This document shows positions 44,163 to 54,451 of a DNA stretch of 64,000 nucleotides, in pieces (the first letter of the stretch is position 1; every line of letters begins with the position of its first letter). The stretch is from Acidobacteriota bacterium (GTDB lineage Bacteria; Acidobacteriota; Vicinamibacteria; Fen-336; JAGNNV01). The position numbers and the translations under genes are program-made. Under the pieces are notes generated by a model. The model had not been told where the DNA came from, searched no databases, and worked only from the letters and a program-made list of their open reading frames with translations. Where the stretch lies: the NCBI GenBank assembly GCA_032127745.1, contig JAQBHL010000235.1, positions 1,575 to 65,574 on the forward strand, written 5' to 3'.

Positions 44163-45241
44163 GTGCCCGACCCGGCCACGGCGCGCCAGAGGCTCAGTTC
44201 GATCGCGAAACCCGGGCCAAAGCCGATACCCAGGGCGACCTGACCCGGACCGAGTTCGCGAAGGGCCCGCTCCATGACGAAGAGAATGGTGGCCGAACTC
44301 ATGTTCCCATGATCGCGAAGCACTGATCGCGAGGGTTCCAGGAGGGCGGGAGAGAGGCCGAGTTCTTCCTCCGCCACATCGAGGACCTTTCGCCCGCCTG
44401 GGTGAAGGGCGAAGGCGGACAACTGGTCGAAAGAAAGCCTGTGCTCGGTCAGGAACTCGTCGACCAGGGGCTTCAGGCGGCCCCGCAGAGAGTCGGGCAG
44501 GCGTTTGTCGAGCACAAGCTTCAAGCCGCTCTCGATGACGTCGTAGCCCATCGAACCCAGCGAATCCGGCATGAAGCAACTCGCCGCTCCCAGAAACTCG
44601 ATCGCCGCCTCCTTGACCGCCGGATGTTCGGCGCCCAAGAGCACGGCCGCCGAGGCGCCGTCCGCGAAGAGGGCCGTGGCCACCAGGTTGGTGGCCGACA
44701 GATCGCGGGCCTGGAAAGTCAGGGACGAGAACTCGATCGCGATGACGAGGGCGGCGGCCCGCGGGTGAGCGGTGAGGTAGTCGGAAGCGCGGGCGAGGGC
44801 CACCGCCCCGCCGGCGCACCCCGACTCGGTGATCGGGAGCCGGGCGAGCCGCGGTCCCAACCGAAGGGCGTTGGCGATGTGCGCGTCGACGGCGGGAATC
44901 ATAAGGCCGGTGCACGAGCTGGAGACCAGGATGTCCACCCCGGAAAGGCCGGCTTTGGCAAGGGTGGAACGAGCGAGCGCGATTCCCGTATCGATCATGG
45001 CCTCCCGGTAGATCTCGTTGCGCTGGGCAAAGGTGGCCTCGGTGAAGACCTCGTCCAGAGGCTTCAGAGAAGACCGGCCGGAGACTCCTGCTCTCGAAAA
45101 CAGCCGCTCGACCGCTCGGGGGTCCGCCTCGCCTCCCGCCTGCTTGAGCCAGGCCACGACACCCGCGATGACGTCCGTCTGCTGGTGCCGGAACGGCGCG
45201 GGGAGAGTCTCAATGGTGGCGAGAAAGGGCAATGATCCCAT
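44159..45241 (-). CDS. Type III polyketide synthase (chalcone/stilbene synthase family)
   Basis: Active-site Cys context LVSSSCTGLMIPA, plus HPGGRKVLD and GFGPGF. The start is trimmed to MGSLPFLATIE (360 aa). Confidence 0.8.
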   Translation of the reverse strand: MGSLPFLATIETLPAPFRHQQTDVIAGVVAWLKQAGGEADPRAVERLFSRAGVSGRSSLKPLDEVFTEATFAQRNEIYREAMIDTGIALARSTLAKAGLSGVDILVSSSCTGLMIPAVDAHIANALRLGPRLARLPITESGCAGGAVALARASDYLTAHPRAAALVIAIEFSSLTFQARDLSATNLVATALFADGASAAVLLGAEHPAVKEAAIEFLGAASCFMPDSLGSMGYDVIESGLKLVLDKRLPDSLRGRLKPLVDEFLTEHRLSFDQLSAFALHPGGRKVLDVAEEELGLSPALLEPSRSVLRDHGNMSSATILFVMERALRELGPGQVALGIGFGPGFAIELSLWRAVAGSGT

Positions 45242-45332
45242 GGTCAGCAGACGGGCGGAGCGGTATTCATAAGGGGGCGGTGAGGGCACGACAGGAGCAG
45301 TCTGGGCGAGACGCCCGAGGTACGCCAACCCG

Positions 45333-45788
45333 CTAGAACGGGACGTCCCCATCGGAGGCCTGGAAATCGTCGGCAGGGCCGGATTCGCCCGGGCCGTCGG
45401 AGCCCACCGGGGCCCCCGAACCGCCGGATCGAGGCGCCGAGTCTCCGCGAGAACCGAGCAGGACGATCCTCGAATTGAATCCGCTGACCCTGATCTTCGT
45501 GACGTTCCGCTTGATGCCGTCCTTGTCGGTGTACTCGTCGTACTTGATCGAACCCTCCACGTAGAGGGGCTTGCCCTTCGTGACGTAGTCACGCACGACC
45601 TGGGCCGTCTTGCCAAAAACCTCGACCCGGTGCCACTCGGTCTTCTCCTGCTTCTGGCCCGACTTATCGGTCCAGCTCTCGCTGGTGGCCAGGGAAAAAT
45701 TCGCGATCGGTTCTCCCGACTGCGTATATCGGATCTCGGGATCTTTCCCGACGTTGCCAATGAGGGTCACTTTGTTCACGGAGGCCAT
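45333..45788 (-). CDS. ssb: Single-stranded DNA-binding protein
   Basis: The OB fold starts MASVNKVTLIGNVGKDPEIRYT, followed by a Gly-rich tail ending DGDVPF. Confidence 0.95.
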   Translation of the reverse strand: MASVNKVTLIGNVGKDPEIRYTQSGEPIANFSLATSESWTDKSGQKQEKTEWHRVEVFGKTAQVVRDYVTKGKPLYVEGSIKYDEYTDKDGIKRNVTKIRVSGFNSRIVLLGSRGDSAPRSGGSGAPVGSDGPGESGPADDFQASDGDVPF

Positions 45789-45853
45789 GAGGATCTTCCT
45801 TTTCTTGTGTCGTGGCTTGAGAGAGTCTGGGCTTGGGAGAGTGAGTTTGAGGG

Positions 45854-46618
45854 TCAGGGCTGAGCGAGCTTCTCGCGGGCCAGGCGGGCGGCGGGCGACC
45901 CCGGGAATCGCTCCACCACGAACCGATACTCGAGAACCGCCTGAGAACGACGCCCCAGGGCTTCCAGAGCCACCCCTTTCTTATATCGCGCGTCCGGCTG
46001 CTTGTCGCTGTCCGGGAAGTCCCGGAGCAGAGCGTTGAACGCGGTCACCGCGTCCTCGTATTTGGACTGGGCCTGAAGGCACTCGCCGACCCAGTACTGG
46101 GCGTTGTCGGCCAGATCCGTGTCTCGATAGAGTCGCAGATACTCCTGGAATCCCTGGATGGACAATTCGTAGTTCTTGCGGGCGAAGTCGCTGTAGGACT
46201 GCTGGTATAAATCACGAGGCGGAATGGGCGGGGGCTCGGCGGCGCCCGGGGCCAGACCGGGGGCGGTGGGGGAGGCGGCCCGGAGCCGGTCCGCGATCTC
46301 CGACAGCCGCTCCTGCTGGTCTTTGATGGCCACCATGGCCCGTTCATCCTGCACTCGGAGGTCCTGTTGAAGTTTCTTCAGAAGGGCATTCTGCTCGACT
46401 AGGATATCCATCAGCCGGCCCAGCTCCTTCTGTGTCGCCGCCTCGGCGTTGGCGCGAGCCTGCTCCCCTTCGGCCACCTGACCCTGGAGGGTGGCGATTT
46501 GCTGAGTGAGGGCCATGAATTCCTTCTTGTCCGCGCGCGCGGCGCTGGGAAAGGCAAGGGCCGAGATGGTGAGAAGGATGATGGTTCTGATTGGGATGAT
46601 GCGGTGATTCTCTGTCAT
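45854..46618 (-). CDS. cpoB: Tol-Pal system protein CpoB/YbgF (coiled coil + TPR)
   Basis: Signal peptide, coiled coil and TPR region YQQSYSDFARKNYELSIQGFQEYL...AQYWVGEC. It follows tolB. Confidence 0.75.
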   Translation of the reverse strand: MTENHRIIPIRTIILLTISALAFPSAARADKKEFMALTQQIATLQGQVAEGEQARANAEAATQKELGRLMDILVEQNALLKKLQQDLRVQDERAMVAIKDQQERLSEIADRLRAASPTAPGLAPGAAEPPPIPPRDLYQQSYSDFARKNYELSIQGFQEYLRLYRDTDLADNAQYWVGECLQAQSKYEDAVTAFNALLRDFPDSDKQPDARYKKGVALEALGRRSQAVLEYRFVVERFPGSPAARLAREKLAQP

Positions 46619-46698
46619 AGCTGTTCGAAGACCTTCGCTGAGAGGAATGGGAGGATATCGGACGATGCGTCCGGGCCGGGTCCGCTCGAGGTTCAAAG

Positions 46699-48048
46699 TT
46701 ACTTCACCGGCTGGCTCCAGTCCGGCTGGACGCTGTTTCCCGGCCCCACCGCGATGGATCTCATCATGGTCCCCATGCGGTCGATCTGGGCGAGTTGCCA
46801 GGTCCCCGCTCGATTGCAGGAAAAGACAAGATGTCGCCCGTTCGGCGCCCAGGCTGGATACTCACAGCTGCCCCGCCCCGTGGTGAGCTGCCGAACCTGC
46901 CCGGTCGCAAGATCGAGGACGGCGATCTCGAAGCCCCCATCCTCGAGACGCGAAGAGTAGGCGATCTCGGCGAATTCTCGCGAGGGGTTCCAGGCGCACG
47001 CATCATTGTAGCTGCCCACCCGGGACAGCCGGCGCAGGTTCAGACCCTCGCTGTCCATGACCCATAACTGGGCAGATCCGCTCCGGCCGGACGTAAAGGC
47101 AATCTCGAGCCCGGAGGGACTCCAGCAGGGTGCGGTGTCCTGCGCCAGGGTGCCGGTGAGATTGCGGGCGTGGGTCCCGTCGATGTTGGCCACCCAGATG
47201 TCGAAATTTCCCCTCCGGTTGGCGCTGTAAGCGATTCTGGTCCCGTCCGGTGAGACCACGGGGGCGAAGGCCTGACTGCTCGATCCCTCGCGGGTCACAT
47301 TCGGGACGCTCCGGCCCTCGAAAATCCACGAGAGGTAGATCTGGGGATCGCCGTTACGGTAGGAGGTGTAGACCAGACCGCGGCCTCCGGGAGTCCAGGC
47401 GGGGAGGATCGAGAGCGCCCGGTTCACCGTCACCTGGCGGACATTGAAGCCATCGTAGTCGGAGATGTAGAGCTCCTTTCGCTGCCGGTCCGGGTAGTCG
47501 CGATCGGAAACGAAGACCAGGCGGGTCCGGGTCACTCCCTGGATCGAAGCGAGGCTCAGGATGTCGTCCGCCGCCTGATGGGCAAAGGCCCGGAAAGTAT
47601 TGGGGTTCGTGGGCACGATCTTGCCGCCATAACGCTTGCTGATGATGGACGAAGAGCTGTCCACGTGGAACACCCGTGCCTCGACCCCGAAATCCGTTCC
47701 CTCCTGCGTGACTTCCAGAGTGGTCAGAACATTGGCGCCCACCGACTTCCAGTCCACGAAGTTCGGAACCCTGGGATCGACCAGGGGCAGGGATCGCATC
47801 AGCGACTCGGGAGTCAGCTGAAAGCCTTCGAAGTCGAGGTCGGCCTTCAGGACCTCGCGCACGATGCCGCAGGAGAGTCGCATCGGCTCGGCCATGGCCG
47901 AGCACGGGGCGATGGCCACGCGGGTGGCGCCGACCCCGCCGATGGTGATCTGGGCGACGTCCTGCGACTGGGTGGAGGCCGAGACGCCCGCGAGCGAGAG
48001 CACGAGGGACCCAAGACCCGCGCTAAGAAGTTGGCTTGAAGTTCGCAT
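46699..48048 (-). CDS. tolB: Tol-Pal system beta-propeller protein
   Basis: TolB N-terminal domain plus PD40 repeats (SPDGTRIAYSANRRGNFDIWV and others). Confidence 0.9.
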   Translation of the reverse strand: MRTSSQLLSAGLGSLVLSLAGVSASTQSQDVAQITIGGVGATRVAIAPCSAMAEPMRLSCGIVREVLKADLDFEGFQLTPESLMRSLPLVDPRVPNFVDWKSVGANVLTTLEVTQEGTDFGVEARVFHVDSSSSIISKRYGGKIVPTNPNTFRAFAHQAADDILSLASIQGVTRTRLVFVSDRDYPDRQRKELYISDYDGFNVRQVTVNRALSILPAWTPGGRGLVYTSYRNGDPQIYLSWIFEGRSVPNVTREGSSSQAFAPVVSPDGTRIAYSANRRGNFDIWVANIDGTHARNLTGTLAQDTAPCWSPSGLEIAFTSGRSGSAQLWVMDSEGLNLRRLSRVGSYNDACAWNPSREFAEIAYSSRLEDGGFEIAVLDLATGQVRQLTTGRGSCEYPAWAPNGRHLVFSCNRAGTWQLAQIDRMGTMMRSIAVGPGNSVQPDWSQPVK

Positions 48049-48822
48049 GGACTACCAGAGTTTCCTTTTCGTAGGCGTTTGGAAGGGGCCCGAGCTGGGT
48101 GCTGAGGACCGCTCTCTCGGCGAGACGGTCCAGAGTCGCCGATCCGGATGACTCGATAACCTCGACGTCAGCGACGGACCCGTCGCGATGAATGGTGAAG
48201 CTCACCTTCACGTTGGTCGCGAGGTTCGGGCGAATCTGCCGGGCCCAGGTCGCCCAGATCTTGTTCTGGGCGGCGGCGAGGTAGAACCCCAGGGCGCCGG
48301 TGGGGCCGGTGCTGCCGTTGATGACGCCGGGAGTCTGGGCGCTGAAGTCCAGTCCGCTGGCCGCGGTCGCCGCCCCGGGCGCGGGAGCCGACGCCGATGG
48401 GGGAGGTGAAGTCGCCGCGATCTTCTCCCGGGCGATCTCTCGCGATTCCGGCTTTCGCGGCTCTCTGGCGCTCCTCTTCCGATCCACGGGGGCGAGCCCC
48501 TTCTTGATCGGCACGGTCTCGGGTCTGATCAGTCGGGCCGGCGCGGGCGGCTGGGGCTCGGCCTGGGGAGGAGCGGCAACGGATTCCGGCGCGGGCTCGG
48601 AGGGAGAGGGTTCGACGGCGCGCGGGATACCTCCGCCCCGAGGCAGAGGGACCGCGAACCCGTCGATGACGTTGATCAGCCTCTGCGGCGGAGTCAGGAA
48701 GGCGAGGATCAGGAGAACGAAGAAAGCGGTGGCGTGGGCGGAACCCGAGATCAGGAGACTCCTCGAATAGCCCTCGTCCGCGAGCGCCTGACGGGTGATG
48801 AGGACACGCAACACGGGATCGT

Positions 48823-48826
<4 letters not shown>
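48023..48826 (-). CDS. tolA: TolA/TonB-family energy transducer
   Basis: N-terminal TM segment, Pro/Ala-rich spacer and a TonB_C-like C-terminus (VSFTIHRDGSVADVEVIESSGSATLD). The tolA assignment rests on its position between tolR and tolB. Confidence 0.65.
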
Positions 48827-49296
<470 letters not shown>

Positions 49297-49421
49297 CTTC
49301 CGGGTTGACCCGCGTCCGCCATTGTCCCGCCGGCTGAGGACGACGGCCGAAAACGCCCCATATTGGCCACTTTTCGGAATGGCCGGGTCCTCGCAAACCG
49401 TGACTGCCGAAGGCCGTCGAA

Positions 49422-49576
49422 GGCTCGCAAGCACGCGTCATGTCGAAGCGCCGATGCATCCCGGATGGCTGCGTGGCTCGTTGTTGCATCTGATGTATAT
49501 GCGGCCCCCTCGACGTCTCGCGCTCCGGGCGCTTCGATCCTCGCATGGGGCACGTATCGACGAAGAGCGACACTAG
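49422..49576. mobile_element. MITE-like element, copy B (shorter, internally deleted, opposite orientation to copy A)
   Basis: It aligns with the reverse complement of copy A, for example cacgcgtcatgtcgaagcgccgatgcatcccgg versus tacgcgtcacatgggagcgccgacgcatcccgg, and gcgctccgggcgc...gacactag at the right end. The left boundary is approximate. Confidence 0.6.
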
Positions 49577-50292
49577 GTGAAATTCCGTTCGACCATGCTG
49601 GTGAACTCCATGGCGAAATCGTCCATCGTGGCCGAGAGAGAGCGCACACGGTCGTTGAAGAAGTTGAAGAAGAGGGCGGCAGGAATGGCCGCGAACAGCC
49701 CGGCCGCGGTCGTGATGAGAGCCTCCGAAATGCCGGGCGCCACGATGGCGAGGCTGGCTGAACCCTGACGGCCAATGTCGCCAAACGCGTTCATGATGCC
49801 CCAAACCGTCCCAAAGAGTCCGATAAACGGCGAGACGCTCGCGGTGCTGGCCAGGAAGCTCAGTCGCTTCTCGAGCCGGGTCTCTTCGACGGAAGCTGCC
49901 CGGGCCAGCGCCCGCGACACCGCGTCGAGACTCTTGATCGCGGGGCGCTGGGAGCTGGCGCTGGATGCAGGCCGCACCTGCTGATTGATCTCCTGGTATC
50001 CGGCCTGGAACATCCCGACCAGGGGGGAGTAGGTGAGCTGGTTGGCCACCGCGTTGACCTCGGAAAACTTCTGACTCTTCCTGAACACCTCCAGGAAGCG
50101 CCTGGACTCCCGGGTGGCCCGGGCCAGAGTCGTCCACTTGTTGAAGATGATCCCGAAGGAGACGAACGAGAAGATCAACAGCACGAGGAGAACACTGATC
50201 GCAACCGGACCGGCGTGCTTCAGAAAGCCGAGGGGACCCTCGCCGAAGGCGTTCGCCCCGGCGCTTTGAGCGAGCAGGAATTCAATCATCAT
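49573..50292 (-). CDS. tolQ: MotA/TolQ/ExbB proton-channel protein
   Basis: Three TM segments and the conserved LASTASVSPFIGLFGTVWGIMNAF block. Confidence 0.85.
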   Translation of the reverse strand: MMIEFLLAQSAGANAFGEGPLGFLKHAGPVAISVLLVLLIFSFVSFGIIFNKWTTLARATRESRRFLEVFRKSQKFSEVNAVANQLTYSPLVGMFQAGYQEINQQVRPASSASSQRPAIKSLDAVSRALARAASVEETRLEKRLSFLASTASVSPFIGLFGTVWGIMNAFGDIGRQGSASLAIVAPGISEALITTAAGLFAAIPAALFFNFFNDRVRSLSATMDDFAMEFTSMVERNFT

Positions 50293-50395
50293 CTGTATCG
50301 TGTTGTAGACCCCTCAGAATCGCACAATATGTTGTGGAGGTCAATGAAGGGACCCTTATTGGGGCAGGTTCCATGCTACCCTCACCGGCCCTCCT

Positions 50396-52105
50396 ATGCT
50401 CCGCGTCCTGCGCATCGAAAACCTGGCCATCGTGGCCTCGGCCGAGATCGAATTCGGTCCGGGATTGAACCTCCTGACCGGTGAAACGGGCGCGGGCAAG
50501 TCCATCGTCGTCGATGCCCTTGGGCTGGTCTGCGGAGAGCGCGCCGATGGCGATCTGGTGCGGACGGGAGAGGAAAGGGGAACCATCGAGGCGATCTTCG
50601 ATGTTCCCCGCAATTTCGACTTCGGCGCTCTTGGGCTTGGAATCGAAGACGCGGAGGGCGAGGTGGCGATCCGCCGTGAGATTATGGCCACCGGTCGCAG
50701 TCGCGCCATGATCAACGGCGTCACCGTCTCGCTGGCCGGGCTCAGGACCGTCGGTCAGGAACTGGTGCAGATCTACGGGCAGCACCAGCACCACGCCCTT
50801 CTCAATCCCGACTTCCACCTCTCCTTCCTCGATCTGTTCGCCGGGCTCGAGACCAGGGCGCTGCGGACGCGCGAGGCCTTCGCCGAAGCGGGTGCGGCCG
50901 AGGCCGCCTTGAAGGACTTCCGGGAGGAGGCTCGTCAGTTCGGTCGCGAACGCGAGGCGCTGCGCTTTCAGGTCGAGGAGATTCGGCGCGCTGGCCTTCA
51001 GTCCGGTGAAGAGGAAGACCTGAGGGAGGAGCGCGTTCGGCTCCGCAACTCGGAGCGGCTTGGGGAGCTCACGACTGAAGCCTCCCGGCTCCTGGACGGG
51101 GGTGATGAAGACGCCGACAGTTCTCTGATTTCGCGCCTGCGCCAGCTGGGGAAGCGTCTGGATGAGATCACCCGTCTCGATGCCTCGGCCCTGCGGGATG
51201 CGGGCTCCCGGCATGCCGAGCTTGTGGCCGTCCTCAATGACTGGTCCGCCGAGATGGCCAATTACGCATCGTCGCTGGACGCGCAGCCGGGCCGAATCGA
51301 CGAGGTGGAGTCCCGGCTGGCAAACCTAGAGCGACTTAAGAAGAAATATGGGTCAAGTATCGATGAAATAACTGCTTTTCTGTCTGAGTCAGAGAACCGT
51401 TTGGCCGCCATCGAGGACCCTGAAGCGGAGGAGAAGCGGCTGTCTGCGGCGGCCGCGGCGGCGTGGGCGACCTATTGCAGCCTCGCGGGCGGCCTTTCCA
51501 GAGACCGACGCAACGTGGCCGGACGGCTGCAAAAGGCGGTGGCGAAAGAGCTCGGCGATCTCGCCATGGCGCAATGCCGCTTCGAGGTTCGCTTTGAACC
51601 CGGGTCGACCCCGACCTCCTTCGACTGGAAGGAACACGGCCTTGAGACGGGTGAGTTCTTCCTCTCCGCCAACCCGGGTGAAGCCCTGAAACCGCTTAAG
51701 GCCGTCGCGTCCGGTGGCGAACTTTCGAGAGCTCTGCTGGCTCTCCAGTCGCTCCTCAACGCACATCCGTCCGGGGCCGTGGTCTTCGACGAGGTGGACG
51801 CGGGTATCGGCGGGGCGGTGGCCGAGGCGGTCGGCCGCCGCCTGGCCACAGTCGCCCGGGAGAGGCAAGTCCTGTGCGTCACCCACCTGGCTCAGGTGTC
51901 CGCTTTTGCGGACCGTCATTACGTGGTTGAAAAGCGAGTGATCAGAGGAAGAACGATTACCGAGGTCCGGGAGGTCTCCGGCCGAGACCGGATCCGGGAG
52001 GTCGCCAGGATGCTGGCCGGCGAAGTGGTCACCGGCTCGGCCGAGAAGAACGCCGAAGATCTCATCGTTCGGGTGAAGCGGCTCGGCACTGGATCCGGGG
52101 CCTAG
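50396..52105 (+). CDS. recN: DNA repair protein RecN
   Basis: Walker A LTGETGAGKS, a long coiled coil, the SMC-type signature SGGELSR and Walker B VVFDEVD. Confidence 0.9.
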   Translation: MLRVLRIENLAIVASAEIEFGPGLNLLTGETGAGKSIVVDALGLVCGERADGDLVRTGEERGTIEAIFDVPRNFDFGALGLGIEDAEGEVAIRREIMATGRSRAMINGVTVSLAGLRTVGQELVQIYGQHQHHALLNPDFHLSFLDLFAGLETRALRTREAFAEAGAAEAALKDFREEARQFGREREALRFQVEEIRRAGLQSGEEEDLREERVRLRNSERLGELTTEASRLLDGGDEDADSSLISRLRQLGKRLDEITRLDASALRDAGSRHAELVAVLNDWSAEMANYASSLDAQPGRIDEVESRLANLERLKKKYGSSIDEITAFLSESENRLAAIEDPEAEEKRLSAAAAAAWATYCSLAGGLSRDRRNVAGRLQKAVAKELGDLAMAQCRFEVRFEPGSTPTSFDWKEHGLETGEFFLSANPGEALKPLKAVASGGELSRALLALQSLLNAHPSGAVVFDEVDAGIGGAVAEAVGRRLATVARERQVLCVTHLAQVSAFADRHYVVEKRVIRGRTITEVREVSGRDRIREVARMLAGEVVTGSAEKNAEDLIVRVKRLGTGSGA

Positions 52106-52123
52106 CCGAAGCGGGGAACACAC

Positions 52124-53449
52124 GTGGCGAAGGGAAAGTACTTCATCGAGACGTTCGGCTGCCAGATGAATGTCAACGACTCGGAGAAAGCCGCGGGCCT
52201 CCTCGAGTCGGACGGCATGGAGCGGGCGGACTCCGTGGAGGGTGCCGACGTTATCTTCGTGAACACATGCGCGGTCCGAGAGCGGGCGGCCGAAAAGCTC
52301 TATCATGCGGTCGGCCGCCACAAGGGACTCAAGAAACAGAATCCCGCCCTCAGGATCGCGGTCGGGGGCTGCGTGGCGCAGCTGCAGGGGGGGGACATCC
52401 TCGAACGGGCGCCGGCGGTGGACGTCCTTATCGGCACCCACAACCTTCACGACCTGCCCCGGCTCTTGCGCGAGTCGGCCGGGTCGGGTGAGCGCCAGGT
52501 CGCCCTCGATTCCAGGGCCGACGCATTCTCCGTCCCCTCCAGTCTCGTCGCCCATTCCAGTTCGGCCCGCGCGTACGTTACGGTGGTCGAGGGCTGCAAC
52601 CACGTCTGCAGCTTCTGCGTGGTGCCGAGAACCAGGGGGAAGGAAGTCTGTCGGTCTCCGGAGAGCATTCTGGAAGAGGTTCGAAGCCTCCTGGACCGCG
52701 GGTACCACGAAGTGATGTTCCTTGGCCAGACCGTGAACGCCTACCGATTCGGCGATGTCGATTTTCCCGATCTGCTTCGTCGGGTGCATGACGACGACGA
52801 TCGGCTGTGGCGTCTTCGCTTCACCACCTCTCACCCTGAGCACGTAGATGAGAAGTTTGCGCGATGTTTCGCAGAGCTGCCCCGCCTGGCTCCCTATCTT
52901 CACCTGCCCGTTCAGTCGGGGGCGGACGGCATTCTGGCCGATATGCGGAGGGGCTACACGTCGGCCGAGTACCTGGACCGTCTGCGCCTTCTTCGTTCCT
53001 TTCGAAGAGATCTGGCCCTCACCGCGGATGTGATCGTGGGCTACCCTGGCGAGACCGAAGATGACTTCGAGGCGACCTGTCGAGTCGTCCGCGAGTCGGC
53101 CTACGACGGCCTGTTCGTGTTTCTCTATTCGCCTCGACCGGGCACGACCGCCATCCGAAAGCCGGACGACGTGAGCCTGGTGGAGAAGAAGCGGCGCTTC
53201 AAGGTGCTGAACGAGCAGCAGCAGCGGCAGCAGCGCATACGGAATCAGAACCTCATTGGCCGGATCGATGAAGTGGTGGTGGAGGAGGTTTCGGCCCTCG
53301 AGGGGAAAGGCCGTACCCCGCACTTCCGGTTGGTCCACTTCGCACCTTCCGGGGCGGCTCCTTCAGTTGGGCCCGGGTCCCGCATTCAGGTCCGAATCAC
53401 CGAAGCCTTCCCGAATTCGCTGCGGGGCCAGGTGGTCGACGGGATATAG
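52124..53449 (+). CDS. miaB: tRNA-2-methylthio-N6-dimethylallyladenosine synthase
   Basis: ETFGCQMNVNDSE, radical SAM triad EGCNHVCSFCVVP and a C-terminal TRAM domain. Confidence 0.9.
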   Translation: MAKGKYFIETFGCQMNVNDSEKAAGLLESDGMERADSVEGADVIFVNTCAVRERAAEKLYHAVGRHKGLKKQNPALRIAVGGCVAQLQGGDILERAPAVDVLIGTHNLHDLPRLLRESAGSGERQVALDSRADAFSVPSSLVAHSSSARAYVTVVEGCNHVCSFCVVPRTRGKEVCRSPESILEEVRSLLDRGYHEVMFLGQTVNAYRFGDVDFPDLLRRVHDDDDRLWRLRFTTSHPEHVDEKFARCFAELPRLAPYLHLPVQSGADGILADMRRGYTSAEYLDRLRLLRSFRRDLALTADVIVGYPGETEDDFEATCRVVRESAYDGLFVFLYSPRPGTTAIRKPDDVSLVEKKRRFKVLNEQQQRQQRIRNQNLIGRIDEVVVEEVSALEGKGRTPHFRLVHFAPSGAAPSVGPGSRIQVRITEAFPNSLRGQVVDGI

Positions 53450-53695
53450 ATCTCCCTGATCATGAGGCGGAGCGGAGGGAAAAGCGGGGTCGTGTTCCGG
53501 CCGTGTGGCTGAAGAATACCGCGGAAGGATCGGCGGTCGTCCGTCTTGGGATCGATAGCGGAGCAGTGGCGTCGATGGCGGTCGGAGGGCGCTCGCATCC
53601 TTCGCGTCTGCGCTTCGAAGCGGCGGACATCAGTGACAACGGGAGTTTCTTTCGTTGACCGCGCAGAGATTCGTTCCTAAGATCCGTGGAACAAC

Positions 53696-54451
53696 ATGAT
53701 CGTTCTCGCTATCACGAACCAGAAAGGCGGCGTCGGAAAGACAACCACCGCCATCAATTTGGCCGCTGGCCTGGCCATGCGTGGGAAACGCACGCTGCTC
53801 ATTGATCTCGACCCCCAGGCCAATTCGTCGATGAGCTACCTGGACCTCAGCCAGGTCGACATGTCGACCTACGACGTTCTGATGGGCGATCGGACGCTGC
53901 CTGAGGTTATCCGGCCCACGACGGTGGAGAATCTTGTCATCGCTCCCGCCCGCATTTCCCTGGCCAAGGCGGAGAATAAATTGATCGGCGAACTGGAAGG
54001 GCACTTCAAGCTCCGCGATTCGCTCGATCCGTACAAGGCGAGCTACGACTACATCGTCATCGACACGCCGCCAACCCTGGGAATTATCACCGCCAATGCC
54101 CTGGTGGCATCGACCCACGTCCTCGTTCCGGTTCAGTCGAGCTACTTCGCCCTTGAGGGCACGGAGGATCTGCTGGAGACGGTTGAGAAGATTCGGGCCC
54201 GGCCGAATCCGGAACTGAAGCTCCTCGGCGCTGTCATCACCATGCACGACAAGCGCACCACCCTCGCCCGCGATGTTCAGAAGGCGATCGTGGATCTGTT
54301 CGGCACCAAGGTCTTTAAAACGACCATCACGAAGAGCATCCGACTCGAGGAGAGCCCGGCTCACCGGGAGTCGATTTTTACGTTCGCGCCCCAGTCCAGC
54401 GGGGCCTTGGAGTACTACAAGCTTTGCGAAGAGGTGATCGAACGTGTCTAA
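53696..54451 (+). CDS. parA: Chromosome partitioning ATPase
   Basis: NQKGGVGKTTTAINLA, 251 aa, overlapping the start of parB. Confidence 0.9.
   Translation: MIVLAITNQKGGVGKTTTAINLAAGLAMRGKRTLLIDLDPQANSSMSYLDLSQVDMSTYDVLMGDRTLPEVIRPTTVENLVIAPARISLAKAENKLIGELEGHFKLRDSLDPYKASYDYIVIDTPPTLGIITANALVASTHVLVPVQSSYFALEGTEDLLETVEKIRARPNPELKLLGAVITMHDKRTTLARDVQKAIVDLFGTKVFKTTITKSIRLEESPAHRESIFTFAPQSSGALEYYKLCEEVIERV

Noticed and set aside
51389-53338. Very long ORFs antisense to or overlapping confident genes. Examples are 51389-53338(-) 649 aa, 5582-6895(-), 4081-5274(+), 14995-16560(+), 21194-22291(-), 35423-36781(-), 42626-43999(-), 58304-59536(-) and 22582-23907(-).
   Set aside because: They lie opposite or out of frame to genes with unmistakable family motifs (recN/miaB, leuS, prfA, cheA, mlaE, wzc and others). 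Their translations are Arg/Gly/Pro/His-rich low-complexity sequence typical of stop-poor shadow frames in high-GC DNA.
53660-53695. Possible parS near parA (atccgtggaaca, whose reverse complement is tgttccacggat).
   Set aside because: Only one half-site resembles TGTTNCACGTGAAACA and the palindrome partner is absent. I found no convincing full parS by eye in the window.
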